From Anthoceros angustus (taxonomy: Eukaryota > Plantae > Anthocerotophyta): a DNA stretch of 64,000 nucleotides. Every line of letters starts with the position of its first letter. Position 1 is the first letter of the stretch. The notes below the pieces were generated by a model that saw only the letters and a list, made by a program, of their open reading frames with translations, did no database searches and was not told where the DNA came from. The DNA lies in assembly GCA_010909165.1 (NCBI GenBank), contig MU008236.1, positions 6,081 through 70,080 of the forward strand, in the 5' to 3' direction. Positions 45,582 to 59,566 of this stretch are shown here, in pieces. Made by a program: the position numbers and the translations under genes.

Positions 45582-48500
45582 TGATGAAATAGGTCACTAT
45601 TAGGGCACTCTTCACTAGGGCACCTAGAACTTAATGATTTATTTATTTGGATAGGGCATTAAGTAGTTTTCTTCAGTTGGTTACTTAAGTGGTTATTTGT
45701 TACAACCACTAGGTGGTTATAACCACTTCTAGCCTTCTATATAAGGCATGTACTTTCTATCAAATGTAATGCAACACATATTGCTAGAGCTTGTGTATGA
45801 TTCTCATCATGGTATCAGAGCACACTTGCTCTTTGTTTGCTTGTGCATCCTCATGCATCTAAGTAGCTTATCTAGGAGACACTTCCTAATCTAGCATTTG
45901 CCTAGATGGATCGTGTTTATCCTAGAATTGCTATCTTTGCATGCATTCTTTTTATGCTAACATTTCTCTTTTAACAATGCTTTTATGCACTAATTCTTTG
46001 TTCTTCCTCCATGGATTTGTGTTCCTTAGAAGGAGGCATAGAGTTAAGAAGAGAAGTAGTCCGCAAGACAACAAGAACAAATTAGGAGCCCAACACATAG
46101 AAGCAATAGAAGACAACAAGCTATAGAGAGAGAGAGATAGAAACCTCCTCTTGTATAGCAAACTTCATTGCATCTATTTTAATTTCTAAACCGGATCAAG
46201 GGAAGTTTATCAAGCTAGCTAGAGATTTGCTAGAAGTTTTAGTCCAATTCACGTCAAGGCATTAGAATTAGCTCTCCAACATATCCCAAATTTGAATCGG
46301 TATTAGTACTCCTTTATCTTCTAGTCTCAAGACAAAAATAGCATAGAAACTCTTAGATTTCAAGAAATTGATAGTCAATTAGCAACTCTTAGAATCCAAT
46401 CCTTTGATCTTAAGGAGAATTATCTGAATTAAGGACAAAATTGTCTATTCTCTCTAAGGTTGATAATGCGAGATTTGAGAGCATGCTATCATCATCCGAA
46501 TCGATTATGATGCAAGAGAAGAGTTTCGCTGCAATAGAGAAGATCGAGGTCAGATGCGAGGCCTAGTCCTCTAAATCACCTACAATGGCTGGAGTGATCA
46601 ATGATGAAGAACAACTGCTAATTCCCCATTGGGTAATGATAATGCTAACACTTCATTGCATTATCATTATGGTGAGTTCAAAGAGAAAGATAGATTCAAT
46701 GGAAGGGATTATGACATCGGTCATTGAGAATGCGAGAGCTTTGCGGCAAAGAGACCTTTGGGGCATCGTCGATGGATCAATTCCAAGGCCACACGCCCGA
46801 TTTGAACGTGAACTTCAACCTTCCGGACGCCTTAGAAGGCACAAGATTTATTGGTCGGACTTTCTCAACATATGGTGAGACATGTCGCACACGCAAAGAC
46901 CTCCAAGGATATGTGGACTCACCTTGCTCAATTATATTCATCTCGAGATGTAATGAGTATTGTTGCACTTCACGTAACTTCCGCAACCTCTCAATGAAGG
47001 AGTCCGACACCATCGAACATCATGTTAATGCATTTCGCACGATCCCATTTGGAATCTTCAATGGCGTACCTATCTCGAGATGGAGGCTTACGTCATTCTC
47101 TTATCTTCATTGCCACCTTCTTATAGGGCTTTCATTACAACTCAAAATGATGATTCGCAATGTCGAAAAGCTGCAGATGAAGATCCAAATGAAGAGCCGA
47201 CATCGTGTTCCGAACTTATTGGAGCATTGCTACAGGAGGAGGCAAGGGACGTCATCATCACTCCAGCCAACAAGCGGTGATGTATTCACAAAGGGTAGAG
47301 GAAGAGGACGAGGGGAGGCCGAGGTTCTACTTTCCGACCCCATATCCTGCATACTTTCCATGATGGAGAGGCATCTTCTTCAACACCGCAAGAGGTAACA
47401 AGAAGATCGGGATTATATGTAATTGGTGCGAATCCAAATCACATGGAAAAGGATTGTCGAAGAAGAAGAATGGGAACCTCGAGGCCCCACCGGAGCTAAC
47501 ATTGCAACAAGAAACAATCTTCCTCAACTCCAGTGCTCACGTGCTTCTTCCAAGCCCTCCAATACCTCATGGTACTTAGAGGGAGCTACTTCACATATTT
47601 GTTACAATGAAACTCTTTTGAGTCTTACTCACCACACCCCGTCTCCTGGAGATGATCACAACCTACCCATTGCGGTTGGTTCGGTTGTATTCAAGTGTGA
47701 TTCGTTCTTCATCTTCATCAAGTCCTCCATGTTCCTTCAATGTGCAAGAATCTAGTATCACCGCAAGTCTTTGTCAAGAACACACTGCAGTGATCCTTTA
47801 TGATAGTTTCTCTTTCATAAGTGATAGAAACTATACAATCTGCAGCACTTTAGATGATGGTCTCTATAGATTGTCGACAAGTGGGAGCCACCCATTCGCT
47901 AATGTTGCCATTCCAAACCCAATGACACCTACCCAAACCATGCTTTGGCATTGTCGCCTTGGTCATCCTAATAGTCAAAAATTAATCCAAATGTCTAAGG
48001 AGCTTTATATAGAACCCTTGCCTTGCAAAGGTTGAACACCTACCTTGGTGCGAATCTTGTGTCCTCACGCGACATCAAGAGCCTTTCAAAATAAATCTCC
48101 ACAAAGGGCCAAGTCACCTTTAGAGATAGTGCACACATTTGTGGACCCTTGTCTACACCCTCCTTTAGTGGTAGTAGATATTTTTGACCTTCATGATGAT
48201 TTCTCTCGCTTTGTCTTTTCCTACATCCCGAAAAACAAGAGTGATGCCTTTCACTTCTTCAAGGACTACATGAAATGGGGAGAGACTTACGATCACAAAC
48301 TCAAGACCTTACGCTCCGACAATGGTGGAGAGTTTACATCATCGAATTTGAGGATTTTGTCGAGTGAAGGTATAGCTCAACAACTGCTTGTCTACACTCT
48401 CAACAAAATGGCGCCGAGAACAAGAATCTACGCCTCAAGAGATCAAGGTTGCTTATTGGTACAAGCTAAGTTATCTAAGGCTTATTGGGTGAGGCCCTCC

Positions 48501-50389
48501 TAAAGAACCTATCTCATGAATCGATTGCCTACATCGCAGTTCAAGGTATGACTCCATATGAAGCATTCATTGGCAAGAAGCCTTCTATTGACCACCTTGA
48601 ATTTTTGGATCCCATATGTTTTTATTCCCAAAGCAAGAAGTTGGATCCCAAAGTACACTTCATTGGCTACCGAAGGTATCAAAGGGTACAAATTGTTCAA
48701 CCCTTCTACAAGGCAACTTTTATACGCCCGAGTGTTACTTTTCATGAGTCTTACCTCTTTTCCCCACAGGTGATCGATAGGCTTGGTCCTCCTCTTGATG
48801 AGACCATTGACCCTTCTTATTTTTGATGATACGATTATTTCACTCCATTTCCCATTCCCGCTTCTCGTGTTCCTTTAGTTGAACCTATTATGCGGAGGAG
48901 GAGGAGTTAGCATCTATTCCACAACTGGTACAACTCAACGACGATGTTGACATCCCAGAGGCGCGCTTGACACTCATGATGATGAGTTTGATGACCCGGA
49001 GGATGACATTGTGGAGCCAGCAGATCCCGTGCTGATCCCGCCTCCCGTGGATGATGCAGCACAAAGGTACAACCTTAGATCCCGACCTACTATCTCGGTC
49101 CTGCAGTTGGAAGGAACCTCCTTTAGGATACCTAGCTGTTTTGATGATCCTATACCCCTATATCACTTTATTCTCAAGTCTACAAGGCAACTATAGACCC
49201 GGAAGAACCTCTTACCTTAAAACAAGCTTTCTCTTCTCCGAAAAGACTTATGGAAGGTAGTGAGATCGAATATAATTCCCTAGTTAATAACTCTACATGG
49301 GAATTGGTCAAACCACCTAGGGGTAGGAAGATAGTAACCAGCAAATGGGTATTCAAAATTAAAAGAAAAGGAGATGGTTCTATAGAAAGGTATAAGGCAC
49401 GCCTAGTAGCGAGGTTTTACACAATTCTGGTCTAGATTACATACCTTGGGCCACTTATGCCCCAAGTAAATTTGCCACACTTGAATGATATTTGCCTTAT
49501 GTGCCCAACATGATCTTGAACTCCACATGATGGATGTTAAGACAAGATATTTGTATGGGCTAAGAAGAGAAATATACATGAGACAACCCGAGGGTTCAAG
49601 TCAAAGGCAAAGAAGATTGGGTATGCCGACTCATCAAAGGTTTGTATGGCCTTAAGCAACAGCAAGAATTGGAATTTAACCATACATGTACAACTTATTG
49701 GGAGAGGATTTAAGCAAAGCCGGTGATGCTTGTATGTACATCCTAATATCCGCAATGATATATTTTATCTTCTACTTTATGTTGATGATGTTTTTATGGC
49801 AACAAACTCCCTCACTCTCCTAGCGAAACTAAAGCATGGCTTAGGACTCTATTTGAGATGTCCGATCTAGGAGAAATGACATATGCACTTGGTGTTAATA
49901 TTATAAATAGAGGTAATAAGACTCTAAGTATAGTTCAAACCAAGTATATTAAGGAGAGTTTAGCTAAATTTGGACTTGAGGATGCAAAGCTGCACCCACA
50001 CCTTTTGCAAGTGGTGTTAGGCTTACCTATATATGAGTCCCAAAACAAATTGAAGAAAAGCTAGAAATGTCGCTAGCTCCATTTTGTTGGCACTAATATA
50101 TTTATGCAATTTTACGAGACCAGATATATCTTTTGAAGTCGGCCTCGCTCACAATTCTTGGAGAATCGGACGTGAGCCTTTGGATGTCTGTAAGCGTATA
50201 TTCGATACCTTAAAGGCACTATGTACACGTGATCGATGTTCAAGCATACACCAGATCAACACATTAACTCTAAGATATGCCGATGCCGACTATGCCGGTG
50301 ACCGACACAAGAAAAATCAGATCGGTATGTGTACTCTTGGAGGAGCACCAATATATGGTCAAGTAAGAAACAACCTACTATAGCTTTTT
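45582..50389 (+). mobile_element. Ty1/Copia element (5' LTR 45582-45809, PBS 45810-45821, degenerate gag-PR-INT-RT-RH), 3'-truncated
   Basis: LTR TGATGAAAT...TTCTCATCA is followed directly by TGGTATCAGAGC. Then LWGIVDGS, LSMKESDTIEHHVNAF, WYL..ATSHIC, LWHCRLGHP, LRSDNGGEF, STWELVKPPRGRKIVTSKWVFKIK, YKARLVA, LYVDD and YADADYAGD. Confidence 0.92.
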
Positions 50390-51900
50390 TGTCAGGTCCG
50401 AGAGTTTAGAAAACCGTCTTGAGATTCTCCTCTAGCGCCACACTTATCCTTTCGTCGCCGTCGGTTTGTCCCATGAGACTTGTGGAAAGTTCGAGCGGAT
50501 GACGGTGCCTACCGCTATAACACACTTCTTAGCCTTCTAAACAAGCAAGGTGCCTCTACTCTCCTAATACGGCTGCAGCGCTTTGCTAAAAATCACCAAT
50601 CCTCGACCTACAGCGACACAACACACCAGGTCCCGCCTTAGCCGAGGGAGCCGCCCAGGACCCCCGATCCACACCGCAACCGTCCCTACTTAAGACCACT
50701 CTTCTCCACTCGGGGAGCTCTTTTACTTGCAGTTGGGATTCGTCCCTTAGGCTCTGCGTGTGGCCTTCCGCTAACGCCTACACTCTATTCCTCTACTCAT
50801 CTCCTCATCCTCTTCCTCCTATTCTAACCTCAGTTCGGGCTTAAGCTGACTCGCCCTTACGGCACAAGCTTGGCCTCCACCAGAAGTTCTTCCTTGGGCG
50901 GCTATGAGTTTGACACCAAGCAATGAGAACCTGTGAGTCTTTCCCTGTAGTCTACCCTCAGCCGAAAGTCTCTGGCATTGCCACACACCCAAAGCAAAGC
51001 AATTTCACAAAGAACCATTCACAAGGGAGCAACTGCTTAGGCGCTTGCAGGAGCAAGCCCTCCACTAAGCACTCACCCACAGACTTCCTCTCTACTGACT
51101 GCTTGGCTCACAGCCGGCACGAAATTCCTTTACAAGGGCAAAGGACTCGCGAGTATGGAAGCGCAAGACGTGATACTTTACTTTGTGAAATCCTCCTCCT
51201 CTTATAGGAGGCTTCCCACATACAACCTCCCTTAGGTGACCCTACTGCAGGTCACCTTTTCCAATATTCTATTATTTCCTACCGCCAGCATTTAATGCCT
51301 GGCACCTAAGTCCATTGTCTGATCCTTGGTAAATTCTATTCTAGTAACTTCACCTAAGATCATCCTTAAAGGATGTCAGTCTACACCACTTATCCTTTCT
51401 ATTCTCCTACTCAGCATTTATGGTCTTTGACCATACCTAGTCCTCACCTCGCTGGAATAGTGGCGTGTCCTTGGTGGATTGGCTTTCCTTGCCCCCTTTT
51501 GCTCTCGCCCCTTCCCAGATTCTGTCGTCTTCCAAGTGTGTGGGGCAAGTACAATTTTGCCCCTTCCTCCAGCTCCGCGGGGTGGCGCCCTGATTCCTCC
51601 ATCATCGGCAAGCGCCCCCTGCGCCAGGCGCGCCTTCTTTCCGATCTCCGCTCACCGGGCGCTCCTAAGGGCACCCTACGCGGTAGTCTGCGAGACCATC
51701 GACTACTATCATGGTAGTCGATCTTCATCTTTCTTCTTCTCCCCATCTCCGCCTCTTGAGTTGGAATCTTCCCGTGCTTTCTCCCGCTTTGATTTGTCCA
51801 TACCTATCAAGGAGCATTCACAAATTTTCCTCCCCAATAAATCACAACACTAAATACATGACAGATGGAACTGCGCCGTTAGAACTACCTACCAACTAAG
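50390..51900. mobile_element. Diverged LTR-like/3' fragment of the family seen at 9.2 and 11.6 kb
   Basis: Starts with TG at 50390, where the Copia RH stops. 50540-51300 aligns by eye with 9170-10030 (AACAAGCAAGG.GCC.CT, CACACCCAAAGCAAAGCAATTTC, AAGGACTCGCG.GTATGGAAG.GCAAGACGTGATA). Confidence 0.7.
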
Positions 51901-52248
51901 CTACATCATCAATAAAATACCTTGCATGCTTAACTTAAATATTCAGTAATTCTAGGGTGGTCAAACAAGCAAGAGATTTACTTAATAAAAGTAAGCCTTA
52001 CTCCATTAGGCAGGATCTTTTAATACCTATGGCAACCGGAGTTAAGTTGAGTTATTATAACGGTTTGTTATTCCCTAAGCTCATCTACATGTTAGGTCAT
52101 GCTCTCGCCACTAAGTGCACATTGTGATGGGGATGGGATTAGACCCACGCCTGCTAGGTCACGTTGATTATCCTAAGTGGTGATTATCTCAAAATGATAA
52201 TTAATCATATTATTATTTGGAAAATTGAGTGAAATTTTAATTAATCTA

Positions 52249-52250
<2 letters not shown>

Positions 52251-52306
<56 letters not shown>
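52251..52306. repeat. (TTA)n microsatellite
   Basis: Directly visible. Confidence 0.98.
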
Positions 52307-52590
52307 TATCCCTATTAAATTATTTATCAATTTTCATATTCCTAATTTCCATTGCATCAACTATCCTCGGAGGAAGAACTTTGTCCCAAAGTTCAATGAG
52401 CCCATAAATAAGAGCAAAGGATGTTGGGGTAGATTGAGAGGTGATGGGTAAGCTCTCATGTCGCATCCGAGTGCGGGTACCCTTTCCACATAACTAATTA
52501 AACATTGAAGCTGGATTTGGCGATGTCTATGTGCAAGGAGAGATTCAACCTCAATTTTGCATCCACGAGGTGCGGCGGGGGGGCAAGGTG

Positions 52591-52793
52591 GGAGGAGGAG
52601 GAGGAGGAGGAGGAGGAGGAAGGGAGGAGGGGAGGAAGGGAGGAGGAGGAAGGGAGGAGGAGGAAGGAGGAGGAGGAAGGAGGAGGAGGAAGGAGGAGGA
52701 GGAAGGGAGGAGGAGGAAGGGAGGAGGAGGAAGGGAGGAGGGGAGGAAGGGAGGAGGAAGGAGGAGGAAGGAGGAGGGGAGGAAGGGAGGAGN
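52591..52793. repeat. Pure-purine GGA/GGAA low-complexity tract ending in an N
   Basis: About 200 nt of only G and A, with N at 52793. Confidence 0.95.
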
Positions 52794-53175
52794 AAACCTC
52801 TTGAGTTGGTTCACGGTGATGTATGTGGACCTATGCTCTCATCATTAGGTGGTGCCTATTTTGTCACTTTCATAGATGATTTCTCGCAGGTGTGGGTTTA
52901 TCCTTTGAGGAAAAAGGATGAAGTTAGCGGTGTTTGAATTTGTCACCCTTAGAAATCGATCGATTGAAGTGTCTAACGGATAATGGTGGAAGTATGTTTC
53001 TTTCGGTCATTACGTGATTCCAAGGGAATCAAAAGAAATTAGTATCTCCTCCACAAAATGGTGTGTGGGCGGATGAAACGAGAACCATTCGAGAGGATCG
53101 TGGTTGTTGTCAAACTCTGGATTGCCTAATGGGTTTTAGGGGGCGAGCTTTTCTACTAATCATCTTATTAAGATC
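52794..53175 (+). mobile_element. Copia integrase, 5' part of the element that resumes at 59567
   Basis: [30 protein letters not shown]. The frame resumes after the 6.4-kb insertion with (I)SPNKAI...HLRVFG. Confidence 0.88.
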
Positions 53176-56100
53176 AGGTTGAATTGCTAATGCGAGACGC
53201 ATCAAAGATGATCTATTAACAATTGAATAGGTGGGTACATTGGTAGGCCTTAAATAAGCGGTTACCGAAGGTGCGTCCTATTAACTAGCCTGTTAGTTAA
53301 TTAACTACCAATCATAACTAGGTCTAGTCAGACTAACCAACGTGATACAGAACCACGTGGTCTGTCTTATATTCCAACTCTCCCTCTCAGACACGTGCTG
53401 GTTGCTGTGAACTGAGAGCTCCTAAGAACAAACAGAGATCACCGCTGTTGACGCCAAGCTTCAAATATCTCCAAATCGGCTATCACCTAGAGCCAGTCGT
53501 CCTTCCACTTGCTGAGCCTGTAGTCTACAGTGTCTCACAGTGAAGAACACCACTCTTGTGACCAGAAGAGAAGCATGCTTGCAGCTTCGAAACATCAACC
53601 TAAGTGACGGAACAAATGTCATGGAGGTCCTACCAGATGAGTGATCTGTCTAGTGTCATGAAACTACTACAATCCACCAATCCAAGCCCTTCCTGTGGAA
53701 AAGCAGTGTTTGAACTTAGGCAAGGATTTTGTCAACATCTGTCTCGTGTTGTCGCGATGTACATCGAACCTTGACGATACCCTCTCGCATCCCTAATATA
53801 ATGATGTTGAATTTGTATATGCTTGGTGCGTGCATGAAAGACGGGGTTAGCAACCAAAGCAATTGCGACATGTTGTCAACGCAAAATAGTTGGCCCTTCT
53901 TGCTTCATACCCAAATCTTCACAAAGCTTTCTTTCCCATTCAAGCCTCCTTAGTAGCTTCGGTGAGTGCCTTGTACTGGACTGCTGAAGATAAAGATATG
54001 GCAGCTTGTTTTCTACAAGACCAATTAACTACGTGGCCAAGCAAGAAAGCAATATCGATATACTCTTACGTATCAGAAGCCAATCTGCGTCATAACAAGT
54101 AAGGTGCGACGCTTCTTTCCGCTTATAAACATAACAAAAATTGGGTGTACCCTTAAGATACCTCATTATGCGCTTGAGTGCTATCCAGTGATCCTTCCCT
54201 GGATTCGTAGAGAACTGTGCAACAGCATTCACTTAGTTAGAGATATCGGGTCTTGTCTGATTACTTAAGAACATAAGAGTACCCACTCCCATGCGATAAG
54301 GAATATTTTCCATCTCCTTCTTGTCCTCTTCAGATTGTGGACATGATGCGGACGAGAGCTTGATGCCAAGAGCACTGAGTGGTGCGCCTAGCATTCTCCA
54401 TGTTGAACGTTTGAGCATACCGACCGTATCTGATGAAGGTAAATAGCACACACTATCTCTGTACATGCATGCCAAGGATATACTTAACCTTTCCCAGGTC
54501 CTTCATCTCGAATTCCTTCGAGGTCGTCTTGATCTTGTTGACTAGTTCTCGTTATTTCCTTGAATGACTAAGTCATCCACGTAAAGAGCAACTAGCACAA
54601 GTGAGCTATCCTTGCGTAGTACATAGATGTTAGTATCTGCCTCACTTTGGATAAAACCCAGTTGCTTAAGATAGGAATCCATTCTCTCAAACCACACACG
54701 TGGGCTTTGCTTAAGTCCATAGATGGAGCGATTAAGTTTACACACCTTGTGCGGGTACGTCTTATCTTCAAAGTCCTGAGGCTGATCCATGTAGATCTCC
54801 TCTTGAAGATGTCCATAGAGAAATGCCGTACACACATCTAGCTGATAGATCTCTAAGTTGAGTTCAGCACATAGAGCTAGAAGCATCCTAACTGATGCAG
54901 CTTTAACTACGGGTGAGTAGACCTTATCGCCCTGATAATCAACTCCCTCTTTCTGACTATACGCCTTAGCCACTAATCTTGCTTTGTAGCGGATTCTAGG
55001 CTCAACTTCCTGGAACTTAGTCTTAAGAACCCATTTGCATTTGACGGTAGTTCTACCCCTAGGCAGGCTGACCAGAGACCAGGTATTGTTTTTTATTAAT
55101 GAGTTATACTCATCATCGACGGCCAGCTTCCATTTAGCTGCCTCGGGTCTGGAGTAAGCCTCCTGTAAGGTTAAAGGATCTCCCTCTGCTGCAGCAACAC
55201 TTAAGGCAAAGAGAGTATCCGAGACACCAACATAGGTCAATCCAGCTTGATTAAACTCAATGTCAAATGGTTGTTCCTTCCAGATGCCTAGGTCTCTCAC
55301 GTGTAGGATCTAGCGGAGCGGAGCCTAGGAGGGGATGGAGGAGTGATCAAACCTAGATCAACATGTTCAACGGCACCTGTTGCTATGGATCTTTCTGTTG
55401 CTCCCTCGTGGTTTATCTCCACTTCCCCCTCTCGAGCGAGCAGGTGCACGGGTGGGCGCATGTGAAGCAGACCAACAACGGCACTGAATCTGCTGGAGGG
55501 AGAGGAGCCACAGGAGGCATAGGAAAAACAGCAGCAGGAAACGTAGAAGGCAGAACAAGGTGATCAATAGAAATGTCACCAGACGAGCGGGGAGTGCTGG
55601 AGCCAGAAGGAGCACCGGGAAGGACGTCAGAGGAAGACTTCAATGACATTACAAGAGCAGGCACTATCTTGGCCTCATCAAAGGTGACAGTGCGGGCATA
55701 GATTGGAGTCCGAGTAAGCAAGTCCACAAGCTTGTAGGCTTTGCGATCGTCACCATAGCCCACAAACACCAGCTTCCGAGCACGAGGATCAAGCTTGTCA
55801 CGGTGCTGCTGGGGGACAAGAGCATAGGCAGGGCAACCAAAAACACGAAGATGTGAAATTAAAGCTTGGTGCCAACACTGTTATGGCGTGCGGCTTGAAA
55901 CCGACTTGGTAAGAACTCTGTTTTAATGTATGCCGCGATGACACATCCTCATTAAGGACTTGGGCGGTGAGGCGGGTGAGCATGGCACGGGCCATGGACA
56001 TCAAATCGCCGTTAGCCTTCTCACGCCATTACGCCGGAGGTGTAAGGCACGGTGAACGCCTTAAGATGCGCGCTCCTCATAAATCGATGGTTGTTGAGTT

Positions 56101-59100
56101 CCCCCGCATTGTCGGATCGAATACACCGAAGCTTACGGCCAGTCTGTAACTCGGCCATAGCAACAAAGGGTGAGAACACATGATACGAGTCACTCTTAAG
56201 ACGGATTGGAAACGCAAACGTATATCGACTGAAGTCATCAACAACGGTCATAAAATGGTTGGCTCCGCCTAAAGACACAACAGGGAGAGGGCCACATAGA
56301 TCTATGTGGACCAGATCAAGGGGTGCCGTAGAACGACTAGCAGGAAGAGAGGGATAAGGAGAACTTCTCTTTGCAAACAGCCGAGGCCTCGAGAGGGAGA
56401 AATCCTTGGAAGCTTATCTCTATCTGAGATCCTGCGAGAGGTGGCAAGCGGTAGGGCATGATGGAATGCCCAAGCACCAAGGAGGGTGTGACCTCCTTTG
56501 GTGGGCTTCGTGAGAAGGACCACTGTGGAGGCTGCAGGAAACACGGCTCGTGAATACATACAAGTCATGATGGGGACGACCTCGCAGCGATAACGAGGTT
56601 AGAAGACCGATATAAAAGCGACCCAAAACCGAACTCAAGGCGGAAGCCGTCCCGCACAAGTTGTCGAATGGAGATGAGGTTCTTGGCCATCCGGGGAACA
56701 TGTAAAACGTTAGATAGATACATGAAGGATCTGGCGAGTGAAGACAGCGGAACCACTCCCAATCGAGAGACCGAGTCATCGCCCGGCGGCCTGGCGAGGT
56801 CGTGGCCGCCTCGTACTGTGTGAACATGGTCTTGTGACTACAGATATGCGCTGACGCGGCGGAGTCTATCAGCCATGAAGTTTTGTACTCAGAGGCCACA
56901 AGACAAACAGTGAGAGCAATCCCAGGTTGAAAAGAGTTCTTGGCCTTAGGCAAGACAGCAACGGCGTTAGCCGTTCAAGGCTCCCGCTTGGCCTCACCAG
57001 CTTGTTTCTTCCTGCACTCCCGTTCCCAATGACCGTGTCGACACATTCACGTTCCTTGCCGCTTTGATGTCTTGACGAGGAAGTGCTGAGAAGCGAGCTT
57101 GTCTAAGCCTTGGGAATTGTTCCCAGTTGTTTTATTAGAATTCTTACTGTGTGGTGGATGTCCTTTAGCGTGAACATGACCGGTCTCCTCCATGTTTTGA
57201 AGTCCCGGCGTTGAACTGGCGAGACTCCTCTTGAAGGAGAGCTCCAGGATCTCGACACGGTAATGTTGGGCACAGCCCGACTTCACACGGGTGAGCATTT
57301 CTCCTCGATTTTGTGAGGAGACAAAGGTCGGTAGCTAGCCGGAAGGCTAGCGAGTAATAGTGACGGTCAAAATTGATAATGTAGCGACGTGCTCGCAAAT
57401 CGAAACTTGCTAATATGGTGAGCAACACTATCGTTAGGTCCCATACGCAAAGAATAAAATTCAAGCGTCTTGTAACCAACGTCATAACATTGGTTGATTG
57501 ATAGATGTGGTAATTTGCTTCGCAGTGATGGACGCGCCATCCGTGTGGTGTAAGGTCACCTCATCAAGACCGAGACACAAGCATCACCTGTCTATCTGCC
57601 AAACGCGTCAATGGTGGTTGGGGACCAGGGAGGCGAGTACCTTCCACTATGGGAGTAAATCCCTCTGTATTGTCTTCATGCTTGGACCACACCTCAACTT
57701 AGTGCCGTTGAACTGTCCTTTCCTTGAAGTCGTGTTGGCGTTCACGATGTTGAATGCAGGCCGGTGTCGTAGTAGAAATCGGTGGTGGTGGATGGGTGCA
57801 CCCCTGGTGGTGGAGTGGGTGATGGAGGTCGTGAGGTGACCGGAGAGCCATACATGCCCGCCATCTCAAGAGCACTCAAACCGAGCGTGAGCCGGTGGTT
57901 ATGACAAGGCGTGAGCACGAGTTAGAATTTAAAGCACGATATTCTTTAAAGATTGGCAATGTTACTCATCAAGCCGGACTCCACGCACTAATTACACCCG
58001 GATCGCGGATCGAGCTTGCAAACTTGGAGTTGCTGAATTTTCCGGTGCGAACACGGCGTTAGATCCACCAAGAATCTTGTTGTCTTAAGCTAATCCCACA
58101 AGTAGCATGAGCCAAAGGAAGCGAAGGATCGGCGGTGGTGAACTTGGCTCAATCTTCAGGAGGATGTGTCTGAAATCACTTGGGAAATATGAATCATCGC
58201 CAAGAAGAATCAAGAAATTGTCAAATCTGGTGGTGTGATGGAAATTCAGGATACTACGCAAATGTGAAATGTGCACTAGTAAGAACGGTTCGGAACCGGT
58301 GCCAACATCGGCCGTTCACACCGGTTGGGGTATAATGACCCCCACCTCGAAACGACAACTTAAGTTATCGTTTGCGGTGGCCAAGCTTCGCAGGCGCGCA
58401 GCGGCGGCGCCACAGGCGGCTAACGCGAGCGCGATGGCGGCAGCGCGCTCCTCGTTGAGCGCCTGCAGCCTCGCTCGCTCGCGATGGGGTGCTGGCGGTG
58501 GTGCGCCCCCACAGAAGTCTTCCCCCTGCACAAAAATCAGTGGATTTTGAGCTCCTGTCGAGAAGATTTGCCCCTGCACCTGCACAGACTCAAATCCATC
58601 GCAATCCGGTCTAATCCTGACAAATCCTCGTCCTACTGGGTTAGAGAAGATAACATTATCAAGTATCTGCTCCTCAGGAAGTGGCAAGAGGCTCCGAGAC
58701 GCCCCGGGGACGAGATCGGCTTCAGAAAAGCCGTGTTGGAAAGAGTTTGCTTTTGGGCTGGATGTGGGTGTGCAGATGCAGGCACGGATGACTGAGTGGC
58801 CACTTGGATGGATCCTGGCACGGCAAGGATCGGTAGCGGAGATCCTCTCAAGATTTTTCAGCATTGCACACCAGTAGAATGCTGTAGATCTGCGATGGGC
58901 GGAATGGACGATTCTACGCATTCGATGATTATTGGAGTGCCTTGGGCGCGTCCGGATGACGAGTCCTTGCCATCGCTTGCGCTAAGAAATCCAGTGGTCG
59001 GAAGAGGCGGAGGGTGAGGAGGCCGTGTGCCTCTCCACTTGTTTCTGTTGTTCATCTTATACTTTAGAACCGCTCATATCCCAAAGGCTTCAAATTGCAA

Positions 59101-59566
59101 GCGTGCTCGAGTAAGAGTGGTGAATATCCGTCTGCAAAGAACTCTCGAGATGGGATACCTATCATGGTATTTATTTTGACGCGTTTCTAAATTAGAACTT
59201 CGTTAAGACCGAGAATGCATAGATCAACTTACAACACTAATCCAAATCATGATGCGATTTTATTAGGGAGAATCTTCGCTAAGCATTCTAGCGGTAGCAA
59301 CAACCTCCTTATCATATTGATCAAGGGATTTTGCTGGAAGCCATGAATCTACATTGGCTCGATGCAAGTTGGAATTGCTAATGCGGAAGCGAGGCATCAA
59401 AGATGATCTATTAACAATTGAATAGGTGGGTACATTGGTAGGCCTTAAATAGCGGTTCAAGGGTGCGTCCTATTAACTAGCTTTGTTTATTAACTACCAA
59501 TCATAACTAGGTCTAGCTGACTAACCAACGGATACAAAACCACGTGGTGCGCCTTATATTCCAACT
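53176..59566 (-). mobile_element. Full-length Ty1/Copia element (3' LTR 53176-53379, 5' LTR 59367-59566, TSD AGATC), degenerate gag-pol
   Basis: Two ~200-bp direct repeats. AGATC at 53171-53175 and 59567-59571. PBS-like TGCATCGAGCC (59356-59366) and PPT GAGAGGGAG sit next to the LTRs. Internal motifs: gag MGPNDSVAHHISKF, zinc knuckle GHWERECRKK, protease WLIDSAASAHIC, integrase VDDFSRY/RSDNAGE, RT ORF 54542..55300 (YKARLVAK, LDVCTAFLYG, YGLKQSPR, LYVDDL) and RNase H. Confidence 0.93.

Noticed and set aside
52225-52937. Poly-Tyr and Glu/Gly/Arg- or Pro-rich ORFs
   Set aside because: They are translations of the (TTA)n and GGA microsatellites.
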